Shown piece after piece: positions 1 to 9,053 of a stretch of DNA of 64,000 bases (position 1 is its first letter; every line of letters begins with the position of its first letter). Both the position numbers and the translations under genes were made by a program. The notes beneath the pieces are model-generated. The model did not search any database and was not told the DNA's origin. It saw only the letters and a list, made by a program, of their open reading frames with translations. Origin of the DNA: a virus (taxonomy: Duplodnaviria > Caudoviricetes); IMG/VR virus record IMGVR_UViG_3300033066_000581, positions 29,272 to 93,271 of that record; one strand, 5' to 3'.

Positions 1-79
1 CACCTACAGCCCACCACCAACCCTTGATGCCGTTGGCCTCGGCATCCTCACGATATTCAATTCTCTCTAGGAAGTTCAT
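1..79 (-). CDS. 5' part of a CDS running off the window (MNFLERIEYREDAEANGIKGWWWAVG...)
   Basis: ATG at 79 overlaps the TGA of the upstream gene (ATGA); frame is open to the window edge. Confidence 0.6.
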   Translation of the reverse strand, partial: MNFLERIEYREDAEANGIKGWWWAVG

Positions 80-663
80 TCTGATCCTTTTCTCACATCA
101 TCGTAAAGTTCCTTGGCGTGTTGATCTGACACGTGGCCAGGGACGCCTTTTCGGAACGACTTAAAATCACCGGACTTGGCATGGTCACGCATCTTGGATG
201 CTGACATGCCGGCAGTTCCCTCAGCATCAGGGTCTCTGTGCCCAGCAGACACGACCTTGATGTGCTTGAAGTTGAACTCCTTGCCGTTGTACTTGTGTAA
301 TAATTTATGCATCTCCTCAACCCTATCTGACCCTGCAACCATGGTCAGATGAGTATACCCTGCTGCGTTGAGCCGCTTTGCGTGGTGGATGAACGACGGG
401 TGTTCTTTGGATGATGCGTGGATATTAGCTCCAGGAAAAAACCGCTTGGCGTGCTTAAGTTTTTGAGCCGCGGTTAACGGGTTCTTTTTAGCATCTTGGG
501 TATGTGAAACTACGATCTCATGATCGGCATGTTGTTTCTTGGCTTCGGACTTCACCTTCTCCACAAGCTTTTCATGCCCAGTAGTTGGGGGATTCATCCG
601 GCCAAATGCGAATACAACGTGCTTGTCGGTTGACTCCGCAATGAATGTGGTGAAAGTCTTCAT
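76..663 (-). CDS. Cytidyltransferase-like (HxGH) nucleotidyltransferase, probable internal head protein
   Basis: FGRMNPPTTGH (HIGH-like) and MSASKMR (KMSKS-like) motifs; N-terminus MKTFTTFIAE resembles the T4 capsid-targeting sequence. Confidence 0.85.
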   Translation of the reverse strand: MKTFTTFIAESTDKHVVFAFGRMNPPTTGHEKLVEKVKSEAKKQHADHEIVVSHTQDAKKNPLTAAQKLKHAKRFFPGANIHASSKEHPSFIHHAKRLNAAGYTHLTMVAGSDRVEEMHKLLHKYNGKEFNFKHIKVVSAGHRDPDAEGTAGMSASKMRDHAKSGDFKSFRKGVPGHVSDQHAKELYDDVRKGSE

Positions 664-665
664 GG

Positions 666-1745
666 TTAATCCCTTATGAAATTTTGTCTGGAGAACTCAT
701 GACGATTTACTAGTTTTGTGGGTTGGTTTCCCTTAGAGATTACAAATCCCTCAGGCTTGGCCTTCTTTCCGCGGATACTGTGTTCAAATTCAGAGGTGTG
801 TGACAGCGAATCAACTAATGCATTTTTTGCTTGTTGGAGATGGTGGTGCACCTTCAAGATTTGGTTAAATCCAGAGTGGTGTGCCTCAACGTGGCTAAGA
901 CGCTTTTCAAGCTCGGCACGCTTACGGTCTTTGGCTGCTGCAGTAGAAACCTTATCGATTTCCTTCAGGCCTTTGTTCAGCAAAAATTGGTGATATCCGG
1001 TTGCTGATGGTTTCGATTCGTCTCTGATTGTGGAGTTGATGTACGTTGGAAGCGTTGTGGAATGATCCTCCAAGGCCTTAAAAGTCTTTGAATCCACCTT
1101 ATTTCCATGGAACTTAGCAGCCATGAGATTCTTCTTGAATTTATTCTCCAACCTATCTGGCATCTTGTGCGATGACAGATCTAAATCTGCTGGAATGTTG
1201 TGCACATCATGGCTATCCTTGAAATTGCCATGATCTACGTTGAAGCCTGCCGACATGTCTTCTAAATCTTTACCGTGATACTTAGTATGGACTACGATAC
1301 CGAGTTTAGCCTTAGCAACCTTTTGCCCTTGCTTAGTTTCCATGGGTGTTGAATATGTAATTGTGTTGGGCTTAAAGTGATACTTACCATCAGATGTGGT
1401 GACGTCATCGTGCGTATACATAAGATCCCCCTGATATACCCCCTTCTTCGGAGCAATCTTGGGTAGATGCTTCAGGGCAGACTGAAGCTTGTATACAAGA
1501 CCTGGCGCATGGCCATGATTCTTCTCAACGTCGTCATCTGTATAGTTGATCTTCGGTGTTTTATTGAATGCAGATTTGGAAGCCACGAAGAACTTACCGG
1601 TTTTTGGGTGGTGGCCAAAAACGACACTTGGCGAATTATGAACTAATGCGGCCGAATCTCCAAGCACTATGAAAAAATTCTCGGCGGCGGTTGTAATATC
1701 ATATGAGGTTTCCGGCTCAGAATGCCGAATGTTTGTGACCTTCAT
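666..1745 (-). CDS. C-terminal half of split KxDG ligase-like (DUF6267-like) protein: 37-aa IntC followed by C-extein
   Basis: YDITT...ENFF...LVHN|S intein blocks F/G end at 1635; extein has QGD and EGFV, resembling nucleotidyltransferase motifs III/IV; ATG at 1745 with AAAGG upstream. Confidence 0.85.
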   Translation of the reverse strand: MKVTNIRHSEPETSYDITTAAENFFIVLGDSAALVHNSPSVVFGHHPKTGKFFVASKSAFNKTPKINYTDDDVEKNHGHAPGLVYKLQSALKHLPKIAPKKGVYQGDLMYTHDDVTTSDGKYHFKPNTITYSTPMETKQGQKVAKAKLGIVVHTKYHGKDLEDMSAGFNVDHGNFKDSHDVHNIPADLDLSSHKMPDRLENKFKKNLMAAKFHGNKVDSKTFKALEDHSTTLPTYINSTIRDESKPSATGYHQFLLNKGLKEIDKVSTAAAKDRKRAELEKRLSHVEAHHSGFNQILKVHHHLQQAKNALVDSLSHTSEFEHSIRGKKAKPEGFVISKGNQPTKLVNRHEFSRQNFIRD

Positions 1746-2415
1746 CAATTAACCTTTCGCGAATATTTGAGCATATCTTTAGGAAAGCGGGGTCATCCGC
1801 ATTGCTGTTGCCTTTTATGGTATTTATATACCTCAAACAAAATACTATATTACTTGGATTTGACAGCTCCTCAGGAGATATGTTGAAATGATAACCATAT
1901 ACTACTGAAATTTTATGATCCACACAACGTTTAAGGTAATCATTCGGGTTTGGGGTATTTAATAATTCATCGATGAATTCAATTCCAGTATAGTAGCAAT
2001 ATTTTGGCTTAACTAGCTTTCTAGTCATTTGCTTTGTGTAAAAATATACTTGCTTTCTATAGTTATTAAGATCTTCTATATAATGCAATTCAGTTTTGGG
2101 TATGGAATTCCAGGCTTTGATTTCAGCCGTTCTAAGAGAAGAATTGTTTTCCACACCGTATTTTGCCAGCATTGTTTTCTTAATACCAGCCTGACGATGA
2201 TCAGATATTGCTTTGGATTTGGCATTATATACACCAGAATCTTTTAGAAACTGTCTTAGTCGGCCTGTTGAAACCCCAAACTGTTTCGATATCGTTGGTA
2301 TATGTTCAGATATTGCCCAAGCCGAAAGCAATTCTTCTTTTTGGTTGGCAAAAACCGCTTTATTCTTTTCTCGTCTATCAATAATTAACTTTTGGTCTGG
2401 GTTTAAATTAGCCAA
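1717..2415 (-). mobile_element. Free-standing HNH-like homing endonuclease between the split-intein halves
   Basis: CYYTG...DHKIS...N...NTIKG bba-Me-like pattern and KYGVEN motif; AT-rich; different frame from the IntC gene. Confidence 0.75.
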
Positions 2416-2451
2416 TTTGAATCCTAATAAGATGGTGGGTTACCAGCAATC

Positions 2452-2970
2452 TTATTTATCAAGTAATGAAATTCCAAATATATCATCACCAATGTTAAGA
2501 TCTTTTGCCTCAATCCATTGCCCAGATGACAACATAACCTGATGATCATCAGTCACTTTGATAATATGTTGTGCATCTAATTCAATTTCAACCCAGGCCT
2601 TATCCCCAAGATACGCCAGCTTATCTAGAACTTGAGTGAATTCTATTTCTCCAGCCTTGTTATACCCCAGAACCTTTAAATTTGAAGACGTAGACCAATT
2701 TTCAAATATCTCTTTAATAGACATAACTCCGTGTGTCTCAGTCAGCAATTCTGTGTTGCCTGAGACACACCCATCCCACTTGGTGCTGATCTTATGCCCA
2801 GTGTCTTCACCTGCCATAGTTTTCTTGGCGTGTTCTAAAGTATTGATTGCATGCTTCAGGCCGGCAGCACCAGCATTAATGGGGTGATCTTCTAAATGCT
2901 CAAGATGTTTAAGCTTAGAAGTCTCAAGGCCGGTGGATTCTGTCAAGTATTCTTTGAATGTCAATGTCAT
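2452..2970 (-). CDS. N-terminal half of split KxDG ligase-like protein: 67-aa extein plus 105-aa IntN
   Basis: STKWDG|CVSGNTELL (block A, Cys at 2769); VTDDHQV (block B TxxH); W-EAKDL-GD then stop. Confidence 0.88.
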   Translation of the reverse strand: MTLTFKEYLTESTGLETSKLKHLEHLEDHPINAGAAGLKHAINTLEHAKKTMAGEDTGHKISTKWDGCVSGNTELLTETHGVMSIKEIFENWSTSSNLKVLGYNKAGEIEFTQVLDKLAYLGDKAWVEIELDAQHIIKVTDDHQVMLSSGQWIEAKDLNIGDDIFGISLLDK

Positions 2971-2989
2971 GATGATATTTATTACCTTA

Positions 2990-4069
2990 TCAATTCTTCC
3001 TGAACCTGTAATCGGCCATAATCATGTTCGGATATGATCCTCCGACTTTATTGCGGAAATTTAGGTTGATCAGCAATTCTGGTGTCTTTATGAAGACGGA
3101 AACTTTCTTGGCAGCACCTGGATTTGGGTATCTAACCACAACATCCTGAATGGTGGTGAAACGTTCAAGCATAGCTGGGGTCATGGGAAAGGAATGAATG
3201 TGGCCACGATCCTTGTGCACCAGATGAAACCCATAGCCGATACCGGTCTTCAAGAATTTCTGAAGTCTACGTTTATCTATCTTGGATGTGACGTTGATAT
3301 CCTCGAACCCGCCCCTAGTTGCCTGTCTTCCGCCATAGGAATTGAACGTGGAACAGAACCTGGCGTTATCCACCCCCACCATATCTAGGAGAATTTTACC
3401 CTGTGGGTTGGTGATAATGCCTTGTTTTATTTCAGCCTGAGGGATCATCTTGGCCACACCGATGTTGAAGAATGTGACAGTCGGGCCAAATTTAAGAGAC
3501 ATATGCACAACACCTTTGTCGTGTATCACGTCGACGTCCGTAACAGTCTTTCCAACATCATGATCATTCAAACTGCCGATATACGGTTGATTGCCGGAAA
3601 CTCCCATAGGTCTTCGTTGATTCAATGCCCCCATCGCCTTAACGTGTAGCCCAGATTTATTTTCCAACCCATATTTTTGGAATAGCCCCATGACAAACCC
3701 GCGATGTTCAATCTTAGGATCCTCAGAGTCGGCGATGTACCGATTGATATCGTCGATCAATTCACCCTCAAAAAGATTTCCACGGTTGTTGGTACCTAGG
3801 TTTCCCCTGGATCCGTTTCCCCAAGCAAAACTTAAGCTCTTGAATTGAGACTTGAGATCTTGAAGCTTGATCGGCCCGTTAAGCTGTCTCAGTACTTTTA
3901 TCTTTTGAGGAGCCTTGGGATCCATAGAAAAAGGTCCCTGCGCTTCTGACGAAGGGACCTTTTTTATAACATACGAATACGCCTTAACCAGATCCTCTGA
4001 GATCTGTGGCTTGGAGGTTTTGATGACGATTACGTCATGGAGGTTTTTCGGAATAAGATTATAAGCCAT
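2990..4069 (-). CDS. Hypothetical protein, PD-(D/E)xK-like nuclease fold suspected
   Basis: 359-aa ORF; GNLFE...TDV...SLK spacing resembles restriction-endonuclease-like active sites. Confidence 0.5.
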   Translation of the reverse strand: MAYNLIPKNLHDVIVIKTSKPQISEDLVKAYSYVIKKVPSSEAQGPFSMDPKAPQKIKVLRQLNGPIKLQDLKSQFKSLSFAWGNGSRGNLGTNNRGNLFEGELIDDINRYIADSEDPKIEHRGFVMGLFQKYGLENKSGLHVKAMGALNQRRPMGVSGNQPYIGSLNDHDVGKTVTDVDVIHDKGVVHMSLKFGPTVTFFNIGVAKMIPQAEIKQGIITNPQGKILLDMVGVDNARFCSTFNSYGGRQATRGGFEDINVTSKIDKRRLQKFLKTGIGYGFHLVHKDRGHIHSFPMTPAMLERFTTIQDVVVRYPNPGAAKKVSVFIKTPELLINLNFRNKVGGSYPNMIMADYRFRKN

Positions 4070-4083
4070 TCATTATTTATGGC

Positions 4084-4491
4084 TTATAGGTTCTCCCATG
4101 TTTGTTCATCGGTAGTATAAACGACGTCACAGATGCCGAATGTGGCTAGAGCCCTCTGACAGCCGAGGCACGGCTTGGCCATGCCCATCATCATTGAATG
4201 ATCATGTGTGGACACCTTCTTGGCCCGGGCGATATAGATGGTCGCCTTCTGAAGTTCGTCCGGATGATCGAAATACTTGAGAGCGTTCAGGATCGCATCA
4301 GTCTCAGCGTGGAGATATATCGATTGTTCATTCTTGCCGTACTTGGCTGCGAATGGGTGGCTCTTGTTCTTGTTGACCCCGTACCGAATGATCTTATCAC
4401 GAACAGCGATAAGCGCTGCAACCCTGGCGTTTCCAACCGGTTGCAGCGCTTCAGCTAGTTCGTAGGTCTGGCTCTTTAGATAGTCTGACAT
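4084..4491 (-). CDS. Zinc-dependent cytidine/CMP deaminase-fold protein
   Basis: HAE and PCLGC motifs. Confidence 0.85.
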   Translation of the reverse strand: MSDYLKSQTYELAEALQPVGNARVAALIAVRDKIIRYGVNKNKSHPFAAKYGKNEQSIYLHAETDAILNALKYFDHPDELQKATIYIARAKKVSTHDHSMMMGMAKPCLGCQRALATFGICDVVYTTDEQTWENL

Positions 4492-4869
4492 CTACTTGGT
4501 CAGTTCATAGACGGCATTATGGAAGCCGTAGCGATAGGAAGGCCGCTTCCCGTTCAGAAGTTCCAGGCCACCGTTCTTGCCGATGACGATATGACGATAG
4601 TTACGGCAGAAAGCTTCGGCGAGAGTGTCCTCATCGCCGACCATACCAACTTCAATGATCATATAGACCGGGGCGGCATCACCATACTGATACGCCTCGA
4701 ACTTCTTCAGCTCATAAGCTTTGAAGCCGTGCTTTTGACGATACTCGGTGTTGAGAAGGGTTTGCTTGATCCGTTCGATCCGAGCGGTCTGCTTAGCGTT
4801 GCCGGTCGACCAGTGCTTCCTGGCTTCCATTTCGGCGAGGATATCGTCAACGGTTTGGTCATTGCTCAT
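4492..4869 (-). CDS. Hypothetical protein (early, leaderless)
   Basis: 125-aa ORF, ATG 6 nt after a TATGAT box. Confidence 0.75.
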   Translation of the reverse strand: MSNDQTVDDILAEMEARKHWSTGNAKQTARIERIKQTLLNTEYRQKHGFKAYELKKFEAYQYGDAAPVYMIIEVGMVGDEDTLAEAFCRNYRHIVIGKNGGLELLNGKRPSYRYGFHNAVYELTK

Positions 4870-4875
4870 ATTCTT

Positions 4876-4904
4876 ATCATATCACAGTGGCCAATTAAGT
4901 ACAC
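4876..4904 (-). promoter_or_regulatory. Early promoter GTGTAC-N17-TATGAT
   Basis: One of 11 copies of this motif. Confidence 0.85.
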
Positions 4905-4910
4905 AGCTAA

Positions 4911-5126
4911 TTACGGTGCCCGCGAAAATTCTCCACAGTACCAGAAACTGTTAACGATGGGCCATTCTGTTCTTCCAGACGTATATGTGCCGGCATTCAT
5001 GCCGTTAGATTTGACGTTTCCGATCACGGTTGGCGGGTATCTACGACACTGATATTGATCTTCTCCCAAGATATACACCTTGGAATGTCTACAATTCAGA
5101 CAATTTGAAATCGGAATACTCATCAT
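4911..5126 (-). CDS. Small Cys-containing hypothetical protein
   Basis: CxxC...CRRYPP...WP...WYCGEF pattern; ATG overlaps the upstream stop. Confidence 0.65.
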   Translation of the reverse strand: MMSIPISNCLNCRHSKVYILGEDQYQCRRYPPTVIGNVKSNGMNAGTYTSGRTEWPIVNSFWYCGEFSRAP

Positions 5127-5299
5127 CCACCACTCAAGAAAATGCCGACGGCGTACAAACACGCACCCAAAGCAAAGCATATCCATGCCCATGGGATCTC
5201 GGCTGGGTGTCTAGTCCTGCCCCTAACTCCCATTGGCCCGATCAAAATCGTGCACGCAGCCCACAAACATGTGGCCAGGAAGCCTATTGCGCTGATCAT
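5123..5299 (-). CDS. 58-aa putative two-TM membrane protein (not in the ORF track)
   Basis: MISAIGFLATCLWAACTILIG...WICFALGACLYAVGIFLSGG; fills the gap exactly between its neighbours. Confidence 0.65.
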   Translation of the reverse strand: MISAIGFLATCLWAACTILIGPMGVRGRTRHPAEIPWAWICFALGACLYAVGIFLSGG

Positions 5300-5300
5300 C

Positions 5301-6332
5301 CTATTCTCCGTTCTTTAAGAGCCACGCGTTAGAAATCACCTTGAAGCTCTTGTTGGGGTCGTCAAGATTCTTGAAGACCACACCTTCACGTAGCTTGGCA
5401 TTGATAGAAGGACCATCAGCATACTCCAGAGCTTCTTCCATAGTCATATCAAAGGCCAGGCCAATATCAATCACTGGCGCATGCTTTAATTCTAGAAGTT
5501 CGATGATAAGACGCCGATCAAATGCATTTACATATCCACGAGATTCATCGAAGATATCAAAGACGAAGAACTCAAGCTCCTTCAGGCCTTCCTTGTTGCC
5601 TTGGACACCAGGACCCATCAGTTCGCCTTGGATAGCGACGTTGTCATAACCGTTCTCGATCATCATTTCTTCGATCTTAAGGGCCCTGGCCACGCGCCAG
5701 AAGGAATTATCCTCAGTCTCGATCAGGTCAAGGTTCCGTGAACAAACACCAAACCGGCCTTCATGTCGGTAAACGGTCATCGATGAACCATCAAGCTTCA
5801 TCGTCACCTCGTAGTAGCCATGGAGCTTGTCGACATCCAGGTTCTGGATACGTTCTTGGTCCGTCTTCCGAAGGAATGACGGGAAGTTGCCACGGACCTT
5901 GCCAGCAAGATTGGCAGGAATCACGGGTTCCCACTTCTCGACACCACAAATCTCGGTCAGGTCCTCTTCAGCCTCGTAGGCCCGAAGCACCCATTCAAAG
6001 AAAGCTACCTCTTTAGACTCAGCAGCGAAAACGTTGATCGGATGAAGCGCCAAGCCTTGTGAAAGCTGGCCGCGGAGCTTGATCGTTTTGATCCGAGCGC
6101 CTTCCTTGCCGTTCCATGTGATCTTGTTCTTCACCAGGAATTTGAACGGTTCCTGATCGACTGGCACGAAGGAGTCGATCTCGAAATAGACGCAGATGTC
6201 ACCTTCTTGGAATTCATTCTTCTTAACAACCGCTTGCCATCCACCGATCTTGGCTAGTTCGATGGCATCAGCGCCTTCGATAGGAAGGATCTCGTCAATA
6301 CGACGAAGGGTAACTAGTTTACGTTCTGACAT
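5301..6332 (-). CDS. ATP-dependent RNA ligase, DRB0094/Rnl5-like
   Basis: N-terminal PIEGADAIE domain; KTDQERIQN, KLDGSS (motif I), QGE, FDI, EGVVFK, SFKVIS. Confidence 0.9.
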   Translation of the reverse strand: MSERKLVTLRRIDEILPIEGADAIELAKIGGWQAVVKKNEFQEGDICVYFEIDSFVPVDQEPFKFLVKNKITWNGKEGARIKTIKLRGQLSQGLALHPINVFAAESKEVAFFEWVLRAYEAEEDLTEICGVEKWEPVIPANLAGKVRGNFPSFLRKTDQERIQNLDVDKLHGYYEVTMKLDGSSMTVYRHEGRFGVCSRNLDLIETEDNSFWRVARALKIEEMMIENGYDNVAIQGELMGPGVQGNKEGLKELEFFVFDIFDESRGYVNAFDRRLIIELLELKHAPVIDIGLAFDMTMEEALEYADGPSINAKLREGVVFKNLDDPNKSFKVISNAWLLKNGE

Positions 6333-6338
6333 ATTTCC

Positions 6339-6683
6339 TCAGGCAGCTAGACGGTTAAGAGTTTCAGTGTTCGCTTGCATCTGGGCGATCACACAGGCGG
6401 AAGGTGTTGCATCTGACACGAACGGAACGGTATAATACAGGTCCACTCGTTCATCATCAACCACATACATTCGTTGGAACATAAGGACGTCACCGGTGCA
6501 GTTGACGAACTCGATATCCATGATGGTTTTGAGTTCAGCTCGAGTCAGAGCCCCATCGATAATTAGCGTCACCTCGAAGGCCTTTGCATCAAGCCGAAGT
6601 GGATCGTCACATGTTGGGTTGAGTAGATTTAGGGAAAGGGCTTCGGCCGGAGTGACGTCCGTAAGCCAGTAACGACGTTGCAT
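6339..6683 (-). CDS. Hypothetical protein
   Basis: ATG at 6683 just after the kinase stop; the longer ORF-track start overlaps the kinase. Confidence 0.6.
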   Translation of the reverse strand: MQRRYWLTDVTPAEALSLNLLNPTCDDPLRLDAKAFEVTLIIDGALTRAELKTIMDIEFVNCTGDVLMFQRMYVVDDERVDLYYTVPFVSDATPSACVIAQMQANTETLNRLAA

Positions 6684-6684
6684 C

Positions 6685-7188
6685 TTAGTTGTTTTCATCA
6701 TAGGGGATAATAACGATGTAGTTAAAACCTTCATCGAAGGTCGGGGCGACGTAGGTGTTCCGCATCGAACTGATGATATGCGGAGGAATGGTTTTGCCAG
6801 GTCGGCCGGCAAGACGTTCATTCAGAACGTCTTCAGGCACCTCGAAGACGATAGCGACCTTGCGATACTCAGGAGGGAAACGAGCCAGCTTCTTACGACG
6901 AGAGTTAACGGTCAGGTTCGTCTGATCCCAGATGACATCGCGCCTCGACTTGATAGCTTCGGCTAGAAATAGGTTCATGACAGCCGTAGCATCTTTGATA
7001 TTGTCCTCAAAGACGTCATCATACGTGAGACCATGGTCTTTAGCGATCCGATCGATATGATAGTCAGTGCTGTAATAGAAGAAATCCCGGGCCCGCTGGA
7101 GGGCTGGCCCGAGGTTCTTTTCTGAATACGTCGACTTACCGGAACCAGGAAGCCCAACGAACATATAGAGGACAGGTGGATTTTTCAT
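6685..7188 (-). CDS. P-loop kinase, polynucleotide-kinase-like (AAA_33)
   Basis: GLPGSGKST Walker A; DQTN; RxxxR lid. Confidence 0.85.
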   Translation of the reverse strand: MKNPPVLYMFVGLPGSGKSTYSEKNLGPALQRARDFFYYSTDYHIDRIAKDHGLTYDDVFEDNIKDATAVMNLFLAEAIKSRRDVIWDQTNLTVNSRRKKLARFPPEYRKVAIVFEVPEDVLNERLAGRPGKTIPPHIISSMRNTYVAPTFDEGFNYIVIIPYDENN

Positions 7189-7194
7189 ATTACC

Positions 7195-7223
7195 ATCATA
7201 TCATAGTGCACAGAAAAGTACAC
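7195..7223 (-). promoter_or_regulatory. Early promoter GTGTAC-N17-TATGAT
   Basis: Repeated motif. Confidence 0.85.
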
Positions 7224-7225
7224 AA

Positions 7226-7603
7226 CTATTTTTCGAAGCGGACGATCAAATCCTTCTTCAAGATCTTAACAGGGTTGTCCATAGCAAACTCAACGAAGGC
7301 CCAAGTTTCCGTAACCCCCCGGACATATCCTACCAGTGCACGTCGGCCGTATTTAGTAAACGCATCACGATCAGAAACTGCAGCGCCGATCGTTACCGGT
7401 AGTTCCGGAAGGGGCGGAATAGCTTTAATCTCGTCATAGGCAAAACTAAGCTCAGCCCCAATACCGGTATTATTATCGACAACAATCACAACCTTGGTTT
7501 GGTTTGGAACAACTCTCTGGATTTCGGCTTCAACCAGGATCTTATCACCCGGTTGAAGTGCCTCGATTTCCTTGCTGCTGAAAATGAATCTACGTTCAGT
7601 CAT
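7226..7603 (-). CDS. Hypothetical protein
   Basis: ATG at 7603 overlaps the end of the RNA ligase 1 gene. Confidence 0.65.
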   Translation of the reverse strand: MTERRFIFSSKEIEALQPGDKILVEAEIQRVVPNQTKVVIVVDNNTGIGAELSFAYDEIKAIPPLPELPVTIGAAVSDRDAFTKYGRRALVGYVRGVTETWAFVEFAMDNPVKILKKDLIVRFEK

Positions 7604-8819
7604 CGATATTAACTCCATAGTTATAGGCCGACTTCGAGAAGAAAGCCGCCTTCGCTTCATCAAAACTTTTGTTGTTCGAGGTGGACATCTTGATCTTCTT
7701 GATTAGGTCGTCACACACCAGAGCATACGCAACAGACTCGTTGAACTTGGTAGGATCAGAACGGCCATCGGCCTCAAACAGGTTGAAGATAAACTTAGCC
7801 CAAGTGGGATAATCCTTCATGTATTTAACCGCAAAGGTCTTACGATCCATGTTTCCACGAATTTGGTACCAATAAAGGCTGTAAATATCGCCGGCTGATT
7901 GATAGATATCGGCCATCACTTGGGTTTCGTAACGGACCACAGAGTTAAAGTCATCTTCTTCCATCAACGGCTTCAGGTCATCGATACTCCCATTAAGGAT
8001 CAGGTCGAGAACCTTACGTTCCGAAGAGATGGCATCCTTGGTCTTATGCAGACGCACATACCAATCGCTCTTGATCTTGGCCATATGACCATCATCGAAG
8101 GTGATTACAACACCCTCTTCATCTTCCCACTGTCGGATATGAGTCAGCAGCTCGCCAGAATTGGATTGAACAGGAATGACCTTCACCACAGGAATATTGA
8201 AACGACGAGCTTCAACTTCCATGTCGGCGCGCCCAACATATTCGCCGGTAACGTTCTCACGGATGGCAAGCAAAACCAGGTTATCCTCTTCATGGTTAAC
8301 CACGATACGTTGCTTGTTCGAGCACCATTCAAAGATCGGCGTATAGCCCAGATCGGTGATGTGTTTGGCGAACATCTGATAGTTGGGCTTATCGGCCACA
8401 AACTCTTCGGCTTGCATCGAGACGTCGGTGATGCCCATCTTCGTGCCCCAGCGAATGCCGGTAGCAAGAGGAATCGGGGTGATCATCGATCCGTCAAGTT
8501 TGATCGGAAGGGTGTGCTTCCGAGTCAGGTCAATATGTTCAAGCGCCATATCTTCACGTTCACCAACGTTGAAGAACTTATGGAGGCGGCGAGCAATGAT
8601 CCGGCCAGTTTCGTTGTCGAAGATAATACCACGACATTCGCGAAGAATAGCCGCGTTTTCATCAGCGTTGATGGAAGGGAACGTATCGTTGCCGGCCACA
8701 ACATAGTTGATGACCGTATAACCGTCCTTCACGGCGACGATGAACTCCTTACGATCCTTGATCGCAGGAAGAACATCGCTGATGTTGCGAATGATGGGAA
8801 ATTGATAGTGAAGAGTCAT
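7596..8819 (-). CDS. rnlA: T4 Rnl1-type RNA ligase
   Basis: ECRG, KFFN, KLDGS, FEW, EGVV, KIK motifs. Confidence 0.9.
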   Translation of the reverse strand: MTLHYQFPIIRNISDVLPAIKDRKEFIVAVKDGYTVINYVVAGNDTFPSINADENAAILRECRGIIFDNETGRIIARRLHKFFNVGEREDMALEHIDLTRKHTLPIKLDGSMITPIPLATGIRWGTKMGITDVSMQAEEFVADKPNYQMFAKHITDLGYTPIFEWCSNKQRIVVNHEEDNLVLLAIRENVTGEYVGRADMEVEARRFNIPVVKVIPVQSNSGELLTHIRQWEDEEGVVITFDDGHMAKIKSDWYVRLHKTKDAISSERKVLDLILNGSIDDLKPLMEEDDFNSVVRYETQVMADIYQSAGDIYSLYWYQIRGNMDRKTFAVKYMKDYPTWAKFIFNLFEADGRSDPTKFNESVAYALVCDDLIKKIKMSTSNNKSFDEAKAAFFSKSAYNYGVNIDD

Positions 8820-8820
8820 C

Positions 8821-9018
8821 TTAAATTTCCTGTAAGCTGGGGTGCGTACCATCAGCTAGCGTTTGCATATTAGACCAAGTCAGGGCGCCCATGACGTCCA
8901 TAGGGTGGACATTGAGCACTCCGGCAACAATTTGTGCTACCATTGTTGCTTCTAGCTTAAATCCAGCATCCTTAGAAACTCGGACAAACAATTCGCCAAT
9001 AAGTTTTCTGTCGGTCAT
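8821..9018 (-). CDS. Hypothetical protein (early, leaderless)
   Basis: ATG 6 nt after TATGAT. Confidence 0.7.
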   Translation of the reverse strand: MTDRKLIGELFVRVSKDAGFKLEATMVAQIVAGVLNVHPMDVMGALTWSNMQTLADGTHPSLQEI

Positions 9019-9024
9019 ATTCTT

Positions 9025-9053
9025 ATCATATCATAACCGACAGAAAAGTACAC
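9025..9053 (-). promoter_or_regulatory. Early promoter GTGTAC-N17-TATGAT
   Basis: Repeated motif. Confidence 0.85.

Noticed and set aside
1717-2451. Group I intron explanation for the interrupted ligase-like gene (and for terL)
   Set aside because: The inserts are almost entirely endonuclease ORF with no room for a ribozyme core, and the flanks carry intein motifs with their own stop and start codons
7899-8873. 324-aa plus-strand ORF
   Set aside because: Antisense shadow of rnlA with no motifs; expected from codon bias
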